Shown: positions 45,750 to 54,881 of the stretch, one piece after another | Position numbering within the stretch: the stretch's first letter is position 1 | Layout of the letters: each line of letters opens with the position of its first letter | NCBI GenBank assembly: GCA_041491025.1 | Contig: JBGPUH010000001.1 | Location: 8,043-72,042, forward strand | DNA from: Candidatus Methylomirabilis sp. | GTDB lineage: Bacteria; Methylomirabilota; Methylomirabilia; Methylomirabilales; Methylomirabilaceae | DNA length: 64,000 nucleotides | Reading direction: 5' to 3' | The notes under the pieces: generated by a model | What the model saw: the letters and a program-made list of their open reading frames with translations, nothing else | The model's database searches: none | Told to the model about the DNA's origin: nothing | Translations under genes and position numbers: made by a program

Positions 45750-47637
45750 ACCCGCCTCCCATCATCCAGCGCTTGAACGCCTCAGCCACATGCGAAATCT
45801 GATCGTTCACCATCGGCTCCATCGCCTCGTTCAAAATCTCAAACCCTTCTGGTGAGCGCAGGTGCACTGCATTACCGCGCTTATCTATCCCCGCTGTCTT
45901 GGGGATCGCCATGAACACGTCGTAGGTGTCCAGAGCACCAGCCTCGTAAAGCTTGATCTCGCTCTTGGTGAGCTTTTCTAAAAGCAGGACGCTCGGATTC
46001 GGAACGCCTCCGCTCGTCGCAAAGGTCTCTTTTGGGAGATCAACGCTGGCGATCACCTGGGCCCTTCCAACAAGCCACTTGCGTATGAACTCCAATCCTG
46101 GGTTGTTCAAGATGCTGTCTGGGAGCACGATCGCCAGCCGTCCGCCAGGACGAATGAAGTTCAGTGCGGCCTCCACAAAGAGTTGCTCTGCGGGAAGCGC
46201 ACTTCGCATACTCGCGGCGTCGAAGGTCGCCAATTGATAGCGTGACAGCACATGCGGATCGTCGACCGTGGCCTTGCTCCCAAAGGGTGGATTGGTTACA
46301 GCCAAATCCGCATGCCCATAGGGGATTCGCTGCCTGGCTTCGGGATCGTCCCACTCTGAAGGCGATAGGAGCGAATCAGCAGGGAAGACGTTTGCTGATC
46401 CGTCGCCGTGCATCACGAGATTCATCTGGCAGGTGCGAACCAAGAAGGGATTGATGTCGATCCCGAAGAGGTTTGCCTGGCACGTCTCCTTCACCCTTGC
46501 CGCGACGGTGGCTTCAACTTCTTCCGCAGTCCTGCCTTTCGCCGTCTCATATTCCGTCAGAATGACGCGCAAATTATTAATCCACGACACCAGGAAGCCA
46601 CCGGTCCCACAACACAAATCAATGACCCTCAGCCGCGTCAACTTTTCTTGTGGAAATGTGGCGATGGACATGCGAATGGCCATATCACACACGTTTCTCG
46701 GAGTAAAATACTCCCCGCGGTCCCCCCGTAGATTCGCTCCTACTAGCTCCTCATAGGCCGCGCCCTTCACGTCAGCCTTCGTACGGAGCAGAGAGAGACG
46801 CTGTAACTCAGACACGATGTATGCGAGCACGCGGCGATTCAGTTGAATCGTTTCATTGCCCTTGAAGATATAGGGGTAGCGTTCCTTGACGGCTTCGAAG
46901 AGAGGGGCAATTCGGTCACTCAACACCCTGCGTTGTCCCGCCTCAGACCTGCGTTCCTCGTTCCGAACGTAAAAGCGAAGTTCCCCCACGCTCTCAGTCT
47001 CATCGTAGACCTTGCAAAAAATGAGCTTGAGCATTTCATGAAACGCCTCTGCTTTTTGAAGGCCTTGGTTCACGTAGATATAGTTGTGACAGCGACGGAA
47101 CACTGCCTTGAGGTCAAGAGCTGGAACGAGGTCCCGGAACTGAGGGACCTTCGGCTCTAATTCGCCCCGCGAGGGGATGTCCGATAGACCTTCCTCCATC
47201 GAACCATCACGTAACTTCTCAAACCCCTGCTTCTCCGTTCCGACCCACAGCCCATAGCGGCAATGTGACGATGCAGCCATGTAGCTCTTGAGTTGCTCCA
47301 CGCCTTGGCGGGCATCCTTCGGAAGAACATCTACCCGCTTCGCTTCAACAATGATAAAGATATTCTCCTGTTTCTTCTCCGCGCCCTGTTTGAAGATCAC
47401 AAGATCCGCCTTTTTCCTTGCGCGCCCCATCTTGATTGCGAACTCAATGGCAATGTCCGACTTCTCGTACTTATACTCTTCCACTAGGCTACGCGCCCAC
47501 CGCTGGCGGACGTTTTCCTCCGGAGTGTCTTTCAGGAGGTTACCGGTGATGAAGCAGCGAATTTTGCCAGCGGGAATGAGCGGGACGATCTTCTCAGAGA
47601 ACGGCGAGTTGGGTTCCTGTCGCTTCGCCACTGTCAA
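45736..47637 (-). CDS. N6-adenine DNA methyltransferase with N-terminal PD-(D/E)xK (HsdR_N-like) domain
   Basis: TPEENVRQ...KADLVIF...IVEAK; GEYFTPR, DLCCGTGGFL, TNPPFG, AIVLPD. Confidence 0.92.
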   Translation of the reverse strand: MTVAKRQEPNSPFSEKIVPLIPAGKIRCFITGNLLKDTPEENVRQRWARSLVEEYKYEKSDIAIEFAIKMGRARKKADLVIFKQGAEKKQENIFIIVEAKRVDVLPKDARQGVEQLKSYMAASSHCRYGLWVGTEKQGFEKLRDGSMEEGLSDIPSRGELEPKVPQFRDLVPALDLKAVFRRCHNYIYVNQGLQKAEAFHEMLKLIFCKVYDETESVGELRFYVRNEERRSEAGQRRVLSDRIAPLFEAVKERYPYIFKGNETIQLNRRVLAYIVSELQRLSLLRTKADVKGAAYEELVGANLRGDRGEYFTPRNVCDMAIRMSIATFPQEKLTRLRVIDLCCGTGGFLVSWINNLRVILTEYETAKGRTAEEVEATVAARVKETCQANLFGIDINPFLVRTCQMNLVMHGDGSANVFPADSLLSPSEWDDPEARQRIPYGHADLAVTNPPFGSKATVDDPHVLSRYQLATFDAASMRSALPAEQLFVEAALNFIRPGGRLAIVLPDSILNNPGLEFIRKWLVGRAQVIASVDLPKETFATSGGVPNPSVLLLEKLTKSEIKLYEAGALDTYDVFMAIPKTAGIDKRGNAVHLRSPEGFEILNEAMEPMVNDQISHVAEAFKRWMMGGGYARH

Positions 47638-47934
47638 GCTCCTTCCACCTTACCTTCCAGGGTTGTCGAGACGGTGAGGGTAAGCCGTGTGTTTTCAAGG
47701 AGCGACCATGCAAAGGGTGGCCATCAACCTTAGATCTGACTCGCTTGATAGGTCCGAAGGATGGAGCATGAAGCAGCACTTGAAGGCGCGTTGCGCGCGT
47801 TGTGGTTGGATCTCTGGCCCCGTGCCCTTGGATCTGACCGTGGCCATGATCCGAGAAATGAGCAAAGGGTGTCGTTTCATTAGGGCACTCATACCCCAGT
47901 ATTGAGGAACCTGTCAAGCGATTTCTCAGCTCTC

Positions 47935-48402
47935 TTATCCTGTGAACCGTGCACCCCCTCCTGCCTGGACCGACCGGACCAGCTCCATCAGCCGCTTGCC
48001 GCCGATGAGCGTGATCGGCTTGCCCTTGACAAACTGCCAGGCCCCGCGCGTGAAACGGCCCGAGGTGATGATCACGACCGCATGGGCCCGCCGGGCGGCC
48101 ATGACGCCGAACATCTGCTGGACCACCGCCACCCCCACGGCGTTCGCCCGCCACTGCTTCACCTGCACGATCGTGAAGCGCCCGTTGCGCCGCAGCTGGA
48201 GGTCCATGCCCCCGTCCGCCCCGCGTCGGGGCATCCGGGCGACCGTGTAGCCCTGGCGACGATAGGCCTCGGCCACCAGGTCCTCCAGGCGATCCCAGGA
48301 CAGCGCCATGAGACTCGCCCGATTCGTCTGGGCGTCGAGGAGCCCCTTCTCACGCCAGGGTTGGGACCCGGGCATCGCTGTGAGCCAACTCCACCAACTC
48401 AT
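47935..48402 (-). CDS. Mrr-family restriction endonuclease catalytic domain
   Basis: LSW..LEDLVAEAYRRQGY.V...GADGGMDL...VQVKQW...VGV..V...G...ITSGRFT. Confidence 0.88.
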   Translation of the reverse strand: MSWWSWLTAMPGSQPWREKGLLDAQTNRASLMALSWDRLEDLVAEAYRRQGYTVARMPRRGADGGMDLQLRRNGRFTIVQVKQWRANAVGVAVVQQMFGVMAARRAHAVVIITSGRFTRGAWQFVKGKPITLIGGKRLMELVRSVQAGGGARFTG

Positions 48403-49013
48403 CTGTGTGTTCCTTTCCTCATCGTCCAGCCGCCTTCTTTACACCGACGACCACGGGAGCGGCGCCATCTCCGAAGAGCAAGGGCATCGGCTGACGTGAC
48501 AGCTTCAGTTGCCAGTTTGTCCGCAAGTGTGTTGAAGACCGCGTACTCGTGCCGTCCGGCCCAGCGGCTGGCGTGGGCGGGCTGGTACCGAAAGGTGAGG
48601 GTGAGCTGTTTGGACTCAGCGATGCGTTGGCACGCGGTCACCACGGCGGCAAACCAGGTTTTCTTCGCTTTGAGCTCCCCACAGAAAAAGCCCCCAATGG
48701 GCTTGAAGTCGTACACCACCGTGAGTCGGGTGTGGGGTGGGACCTCCAGAAGGGCCGCGAAGAGCGCGCTGATCTCGGCATGGCCGTTTCTTATGTGACT
48801 ACACACCTCCGCGATTGTGATGGGGCTCAGGTCTACCAGACCCGAGGCCGCGGCGGCCGTCAGGACCTCTTGGACGGTGGTCGAGTGCATCTGGACGCTC
48901 CGAATGGGCCCATCCTGATTCACAAACACGACCCCGATCCCGCCCAAGCCGTTGCCGTCGATGAAGGCATAGCGGCCCTGGTCCAGGCGCACCTCCTCGG
49001 CGTTCAGCAGCAT
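48399..49013 (-). CDS. Ribonuclease HI-like protein
   Basis: FIDG..GGIGVV, N..AEISAL, VVYD, QPAH, N.LADKLA: D-E-D-H-D set. Confidence 0.72.
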   Translation of the reverse strand: MLLNAEEVRLDQGRYAFIDGNGLGGIGVVFVNQDGPIRSVQMHSTTVQEVLTAAAASGLVDLSPITIAEVCSHIRNGHAEISALFAALLEVPPHTRLTVVYDFKPIGGFFCGELKAKKTWFAAVVTACQRIAESKQLTLTFRYQPAHASRWAGRHEYAVFNTLADKLATEAVTSADALALRRWRRSRGRRCKEGGWTMRKGTHR

Positions 49014-49023
49014 CGTGGCCTCT

Positions 49024-49563
49024 TCAGACGTCCTCGCAATATGGTAGTGGACGCCAGATACGCCGAGGACCACCGCTCGGCACGCGCAGGCGCATGCCGG
49101 GCCACCCCGGTCCCGCGCTCTTCCCCTTCGCGCACCGGGGACCGATCCCCCGGTCAATCGACTCCGGCACCACCAGGGGCTTGCCGCAGCGGCCGCAGGT
49201 CCCCTCGTGCCACACCTCCACGCCGTCCGGCAATGTCTCACCGGCCACCAGGCGGCGCAGCACGAACGCGAACGCCCGAGCCGGCCGATCGGCCTCGGTG
49301 CCCTCAGGGGGACGGCGGGCCATGAAGTCTCGCCCACCAACAATGTGGCCCACCTCCTCCGCAAGGCGGCTTCGGGGATCCACCAGGCGAACCACATGGG
49401 TTGTGGGGGTGGTCGTCGTCGGCGACGACGTCGTGACCGCCGTGACCGTATAGGTATAGCGCGTCCCCGTCTGGACGTGCCGGAGCGTGACGGTTGCTTT
49501 CCCGGCCAGCAAATACGCCAAGGCCGCGTCATCTGCGAGCCGCGCGGCCGGTCCTGCGTCCAT
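49024..49563 (-). CDS. DUF6011-like zinc-finger protein
   Basis: LLAGKATVTL...TGTRYTY; WHEGTCGRCGKPL..PESIDRGIGP.C. Confidence 0.8.
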   Translation of the reverse strand: MDAGPAARLADDAALAYLLAGKATVTLRHVQTGTRYTYTVTAVTTSSPTTTTPTTHVVRLVDPRSRLAEEVGHIVGGRDFMARRPPEGTEADRPARAFAFVLRRLVAGETLPDGVEVWHEGTCGRCGKPLVVPESIDRGIGPRCAKGKSAGPGWPGMRLRVPSGGPRRIWRPLPYCEDV

Positions 49564-49853
49564 CTCCACCCTCCTTTCCTGACGTTCACCCAGAGCCCAC
49601 GGCCTTCCCCTGGTGTCCTCTCTCCTCTTGGCAGCCTTACGACTCCCGATGGTCACTGAGTGGCCGCACCCGATAGCAGCACGACGGGCACAGGGCCGGA
49701 CAGGGCATCCCGGTCGCCAGGGCCTGCTCACACTCGGCGTGCTCCGGGGGTCGGGGGAACAGACCGGAGGGCACCAGAAACACGAGAGAGCCGGGCGAGG
49801 CTTTGGGTCGCGAGGCCGCCCATGCCTGGATCCGTCGCACCATCGCAGGTCCC

Positions 49854-51302
49854 TTAGGGCTTCGCGAGATTCAGCGGCTGGCCGTAGTCAATCTCCTTGT
49901 AGACCCCGCTGGGTTTGGGGATGTTGTCGCCGGGCCGCTGGGTCGCCACACGCTTGGCTCCCGCGGGGACCGTGACCCGGAAGATGTCGCCTTCGATCTT
50001 CGCCACGAGTTCGCCGGTCCCGAGGCCGTCCTGGTGGTACTCGTTCTTGCCCATCAGCGTGTCGGGTTGGACCAGGTAGCGCAGGGTGATGAACTTGCCC
50101 AGTAGGGGGATCGGCGGCCACTCGCCAATGATATCGGCCATGGCCCGCGCGGAGTCTTTGGAACGGGTCGCCATGATGAGCTTGGTGGCGCAGTTGTCGA
50201 GCAGCGACCGGCCGAAGGCCTCGCCGCGCATCTGGTAGTCGAGATCCGCCAAGGTCTGGTGACTCACGACGAGCGACACGCCGGCGGAGCGGGCGGTGGA
50301 GAAGAGGTCCATGATGCCGGGGAAGATGAGCTTTTGGAACTCGTCGATCACGATGGCGAACTTCGCCGGTCGGTCCTGCGCGAGCTGGATCTCGGCAAAG
50401 GTGTTCTTCAGTTCCGACACCAGGATCCGGCCCAACGCCTGCATCGGCTCGCGGGCGCGCATGGTCGGCAGGAGGCAGTAGACGACCTGCCGCCGCTCGA
50501 CGGCCCGGGCCACATCGAACGTCGGGCTGATCGCGTTGCAGACGGTCTTCGCGAGCCCCACGGCCAGCATCTGGCAGGCGACCTTCGTCGACTTGAGGTA
50601 GCTGATGTACACCTTGGGGTTCTGCGTCCACTCGGTGATCACGTCATTCAACATCCGGTAGGGGTCTGAGCCTTTGGGAAACATGGCCAGGAGCGACCCC
50701 ATGGCCGCCTTGCTGCTAAGCGCGTAGGTGATGTCCTCGAAGGTGAAGACCTTGCCCGTCGCCTTGAGGGCCGTGATGGTGGCGAGAATAATATCGGCCT
50801 TGACCTTCTCGAAGAACTCCGCTTCCGGCGAGGGGTTCCACCAGGCGTCCATGAGGCGGCCAGCGACGACCGACGCGTCGCCGTTGATCAGCGGGTTCCA
50901 CGCCGCCGAGGTCAGCATGAACTTGTCCTCCAACACGGGGGACAGGTACACGAAGTCCTCCTGGCGTCCGGCCGCGACACAGCCGCGCCAGAGGTCCCAG
51001 AGCAGCTCGGGCTCGCCCTTCAGATCGATCAGCAGGACCCCATAGCCCGCCCGCACGAACTGATAGGCCAGATTGCGCTGCAGGACGGTCTTGCCGGAGC
51101 CGGTGGCGCCCAGGATATACGTGTGTCGGTTCGCCACGTCCCAGGGGACCACGACGGCCCCCTCCTGGTCCTGGTCGAGCATGTTGTAGCCGTAGCCCAA
51201 GACCAGGCCAGGGGGGCGAGCGGCGGGGTCGTGGAGATAGGATGAGACGCGCGATGGGGGGGTGGCACTCCTCTCGTGCTGGCGAGCGGATGCGAGGTTC
51301 AT
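49854..51302 (-). CDS. Type IV secretion coupling protein-like ATPase (VirD4/TraD/TraG family)
   Basis: RHTYILGATGSGKT, IDLKG, WNPL, IVIDEF, ARSAGVSLVVSHQ...DL...LDNC. Confidence 0.88.
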   Translation of the reverse strand: MNLASARQHERSATPPSRVSSYLHDPAARPPGLVLGYGYNMLDQDQEGAVVVPWDVANRHTYILGATGSGKTVLQRNLAYQFVRAGYGVLLIDLKGEPELLWDLWRGCVAAGRQEDFVYLSPVLEDKFMLTSAAWNPLINGDASVVAGRLMDAWWNPSPEAEFFEKVKADIILATITALKATGKVFTFEDITYALSSKAAMGSLLAMFPKGSDPYRMLNDVITEWTQNPKVYISYLKSTKVACQMLAVGLAKTVCNAISPTFDVARAVERRQVVYCLLPTMRAREPMQALGRILVSELKNTFAEIQLAQDRPAKFAIVIDEFQKLIFPGIMDLFSTARSAGVSLVVSHQTLADLDYQMRGEAFGRSLLDNCATKLIMATRSKDSARAMADIIGEWPPIPLLGKFITLRYLVQPDTLMGKNEYHQDGLGTGELVAKIEGDIFRVTVPAGAKRVATQRPGDNIPKPSGVYKEIDYGQPLNLAKP

Positions 51303-51347
51303 CTGAGTCCTCCTTCTTGTGTGTTGTGGGACGCGCTGGGCCCGAGT

Positions 51348-51968
51348 TTAGTCGAGCTCGTCGCCCAGATACTGCTTCACCTGCTTGCGGACGGCCTGCT
51401 TGCGGTGGCGGAACCAGACAGACCCGAGCCCAATGGCCAGCGCGAGGACGCCAAGGCCTGGCAAGATGCCAGTGTGCCACAGGAACGCAAACATCCCGGC
51501 GTAGTCGCCGTGCGTCCATTGTTCGCCGACGGCGGGCACTAATGGCGCGGGGGCCGGCTGCACTACAGCGGGATTTTGGGGCGAGGGGGCCAGGGGAGCC
51601 TGGGGCTGGACAGGCACGGGTTGGGGGAACTGCTGGTCCATCTCACGACGGTCCTCCTGCGTCTTGCGGTCAAACTGTTCTACGCCCTGCTTAAAGCGGT
51701 CGTCGAAGGTGGAGACTCTCGCGCGCTCGTGAGAAGGAGGCAGAGGTATCGCAGGCTTGGCGAAGTCGCGCTTGGCCTGCTCGAACCCTCGATCCAACGA
51801 GCTGCCGTCGCCGAACATCTGTTGGATCACGTGCACGCCCATGGCGTATTGGTACCACGCGTGATAGCGGTCAAGCACCCCTTCAAAACGGCGGACTCCG
51901 AACCACACGGCGTACACCAACAAGGCGAGGATCCCAGCTTTCATAATCATGGATTTCGAGAACGACAT
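51348..51968 (-). CDS. Two-TM membrane protein upstream of coupling ATPase
   Basis: N- and C-terminal TM segments, Pro/Gln-rich linker; AAAGGAG RBS. Confidence 0.72.
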   Translation of the reverse strand: MSFSKSMIMKAGILALLVYAVWFGVRRFEGVLDRYHAWYQYAMGVHVIQQMFGDGSSLDRGFEQAKRDFAKPAIPLPPSHERARVSTFDDRFKQGVEQFDRKTQEDRREMDQQFPQPVPVQPQAPLAPSPQNPAVVQPAPAPLVPAVGEQWTHGDYAGMFAFLWHTGILPGLGVLALAIGLGSVWFRHRKQAVRKQVKQYLGDELD

Positions 51969-52135
51969 GTCATGTCTCCTTTCCGGGGCCGGCCGACACG
52001 GCGGGCTCCCAGAGCATGGGGTGACGGTCTGTTGGGATGGTGAAACCGACGTGCATGGAATACTGGCCTGCTAGAGGTGTCTGTCGTTCATATGCGACCT
52101 CCTCGTGCTGTTGATGGTGAGAAGGAGAACCTCTA

Positions 52136-52465
52136 ATGACTCACGTTGATTCCGACAGCAGCAACGGCCTCCGGGCCCTCTTTGGTTTGAGCTTCCACTG
52201 CCGGGTGTGCAAGCGCAAGCATCGGCCCACATCTCAGCTTATAGATGTGTGCGCCGGAAGACTCGCTCGCAATATTATCTTGAGATGTGGTAAAGCATAC
52301 GGTTTCAGCGCAGGCCAGATTGCCACCCACCTCAGATGCCACCTTCGCTGCCTTTCTCTTGGGAGCTATCCCCCATTTCCCGCCCCGGCTGAACTTGCGA
52401 CCAGCGATGGCGCGGAGCGATACCGGCGGCGCTACCAGGCGTGGCAGCACAACGGCAGGTCCTGA
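52136..52465 (+). CDS. Small Cys/His protein
   Basis: AAGGAG RBS; CRVC...H. Confidence 0.6.
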   Translation: MTHVDSDSSNGLRALFGLSFHCRVCKRKHRPTSQLIDVCAGRLARNIILRCGKAYGFSAGQIATHLRCHLRCLSLGSYPPFPAPAELATSDGAERYRRRYQAWQHNGRS

Positions 52466-52766
52466 GAAAGCATGGAATCTCGGCCTGCTGTTTCGTGAAC
52501 TGGGTGATGCCCCCGGTTCCCCCACACCTAGGGCGCGATCACTCCCTCCCGGACAGCCTGACCGTCTACTACCACTACCGTAGGCTCACCGCGGGCGCTG
52601 GCCGTCCCTGGGTGCCGCACGCGCCCGGGCGATCGGGGATGCCTTCCACCGGTCTCCCGGGCGTGTTGTTTCTCAAGTGTCCCCATCACCAAACACAGAC
52701 ACCATCACTACCTGCTCATTCTTGAACCGCTGGCACAGAGCTGGCCCATCACAGGAGGACACCATC

Positions 52767-53477
52767 ATGCACGAGCCAATTGAGACGCACCCATACAAGG
52801 GCCACACGATTGCGCTGTATTCAGACGACGACGCCCCCAACCCGCGGGACCACGACAACCTGGGACATATGGTCTGCTGGCATCTAGGACACCAACTCGG
52901 CGACACACACTCCTTCGACTCGCCAGAGGATTTTGAACACTGTGTCCGGCTTGTCGAGGAGAGCGACAACACCATTACTCTGGCTGGACAGGGCACCACG
53001 TGGTTCTTTGAGGACCTCGGGGATACTCCGCTTCCCAAGACGGAGGTGGAACGCTTCATGGACCAGCTCGACCCGGACGGCGCGGGCAAGGTGGTGGTCC
53101 TGCCGCTCTATCTCTACGACCATTCCGGGATCACGATGCAGACCACGCCATTCTCGTGTCCCTGGGACTCCGGGCAGGTCGGGTACATCTATGTGGAGCG
53201 GGCGGAGGTCTTAAAGGAATACGGAGGCACGCGACTGACCCCGGCGCTCATCGAACGTGCCAAGGCGGCACTGCGGGCCGAGGTTGAGAGCTACGATCGC
53301 TACCTCTCTGGGGCCTACGTGGGCTTTGTCATCACTGACCGCGCCGGCGAGACGCTGGAGAGCTGCTGGGGCTTCGATGATCCGGCGTATGCGCTGACCC
53401 AGGCCAAGGCCGCGATCAATGCGTTCGTGGCCCAACGACGGCGGACCACACGAAAGATGGCCCTCCAGGCGGCTTAG
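52767..53477 (+). CDS. Conserved hypothetical of phage/ICE type
   Basis: NPR.HDNLG.M.C.H; LPLYLYDHSGITM..TPF.CPWDSGQVG; ESCWGF. Confidence 0.85.
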   Translation: MHEPIETHPYKGHTIALYSDDDAPNPRDHDNLGHMVCWHLGHQLGDTHSFDSPEDFEHCVRLVEESDNTITLAGQGTTWFFEDLGDTPLPKTEVERFMDQLDPDGAGKVVVLPLYLYDHSGITMQTTPFSCPWDSGQVGYIYVERAEVLKEYGGTRLTPALIERAKAALRAEVESYDRYLSGAYVGFVITDRAGETLESCWGFDDPAYALTQAKAAINAFVAQRRRTTRKMALQAA

Positions 53478-53535
53478 GCGCTCATCGCACTGAATGGGGT
53501 GAGCGCCTGCTGAGGGTGAACAGGAGGTTTTTGCC

Positions 53536-53673
53536 ATGCCCAGTTATCGCGTCCAGATCCTGACGGAACTTACCTGTGAGATTGAGGCCGCGAACTATGT
53601 TGACGCCGACGGGGGACCCCCGGTGACGGCGCTGCTGACGTCGCTCAAGGCCCTCACGATCGAGCCGGTCTGA
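53536..53673 (+). CDS. 45 aa peptide (not in ORF track)
   Basis: Motif plus AGGAGG; MPSYRVQILTELTCEIEAANY. Confidence 0.55.
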   Translation: MPSYRVQILTELTCEIEAANYVDADGGPPVTALLTSLKALTIEPV

Positions 53674-53723
53674 GCAACCCAGGAATGGGACTCAAGTCTG
53701 CTGATGGTGAAAGGAGGTCATTC

Positions 53724-54116
53724 ATGACACACCCCCACAGATTTGCCGCCAGGGCCATGGCGGTCTCCCTCATCCTGCTCTCCCTCGCCTGGATCGGGGC
53801 CGCCCGCATGAAGCATGACGCCGATCTCGCCACCATCGACATCGGGACCAGCCGCCGCCTCATGATCCGCGTTCTCGGCCCCCCCACCCTCATCGCGCCG
53901 ACCCTGCCGGACCAACGCGGCGGGGACACCCACGCCCTGATCTGGCACCTCGACGCTGCGGTCCCCCCCTGCGTCGACGCTCACCTGTACCTCATCGCGC
54001 TGTTCAACGCGCGGGACCGGGTGACGACGCTCGTGTGTATGGGCGAGTCTCAGCTCACGCCGGACGGGCAGGACACCAGCATGAGACCCAGGCCTGCTCT
54101 TCATGAACGGAGGTGA
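53724..54116 (+). CDS. Secreted or membrane-anchored hypothetical protein
   Basis: Motif plus AAAGGAGG; N-terminal hydrophobic segment. Confidence 0.65.
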   Translation: MTHPHRFAARAMAVSLILLSLAWIGAARMKHDADLATIDIGTSRRLMIRVLGPPTLIAPTLPDQRGGDTHALIWHLDAAVPPCVDAHLYLIALFNARDRVTTLVCMGESQLTPDGQDTSMRPRPALHERR

Positions 54117-54120
54117 TGAT

Positions 54121-54399
54121 ATGACAGGACAACGACCGCGACGCAACACATGGTCCCAACCCACGGACGATCCCCACTTCGTCGGTGACGCCGCCAACGA
54201 CCTGATCACACTCGAGCGCACCAACCAGGCAGAGGCGGCGCGACTCCTCCGAACGCTCGATGAGCTCGAAACCGTCCCCACGCCCGAGGAGCTGCCGCTC
54301 AGCCAGCTGGCCGAACGCCCTCTCTACTTAGGCGAGCGGCGCAGGGCCTTCGAAGCCCGCCTCTATGAGGGCTTCACACTGCTCACCCTGGACTCCTAA
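54121..54399 (+). CDS. Hypothetical protein
   Basis: Motif plus GGAGGTGA. Confidence 0.65.
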   Translation: MTGQRPRRNTWSQPTDDPHFVGDAANDLITLERTNQAEAARLLRTLDELETVPTPEELPLSQLAERPLYLGERRRAFEARLYEGFTLLTLDS

Positions 54400-54580
54400 C
54401 CTCTGCTCGTTTCCTCCCCAGTCCTCCCCACAGGACACTGGCGGCCACGGCCGGTCACCACTCGACTCCCCAGGCCCCCGAGGTGGCATCGGGGGCGTCC
54501 CTTCCTGCTGTCACCGCCGTTTTCAGAGCACACCTAAAACATTGGACCTTGGTCTGTCACATGTGAAAGGAGGTGATCAG

Positions 54581-54817
54581 ATGACCACCATTTCCTATGG
54601 ATGGCGCAGCTATCGGCGTGTCGCACCGGGACAGTACATCGGCCGCTTCGTCGGCAGCGTCCCACGCGGACACCGCGCAGGCGCCGTGCGCATCACGGGG
54701 CCGATCATCATCTTAGGATTTCGAGCCACACAGCCGATGTTGGCGCTCCACACGATTTGCGAGCGGCTCAGCAGGGGCGAGGCCCCCGAGCGGCTGCTTG
54801 ACGCGTGGATCAATTAG
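54581..54817 (+). CDS. Small hypothetical protein
   Basis: Motif plus AAAGGAGGTGA. Confidence 0.65.
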   Translation: MTTISYGWRSYRRVAPGQYIGRFVGSVPRGHRAGAVRITGPIIILGFRATQPMLALHTICERLSRGEAPERLLDAWIN

Positions 54818-54881
54818 ACACGACGACCCCGACAGACAAGCATGGGATCACGGTCTGTTGGGGGTGAAAGGAGGTGATCAG

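Noticed and set aside
25082-48178. Mrr/pilin shared patch as a DGR TR-VR pair
   Set aside because: Three of the four mismatches are C/G changes, the patch is short and not at a C-terminus, and no RT is visible
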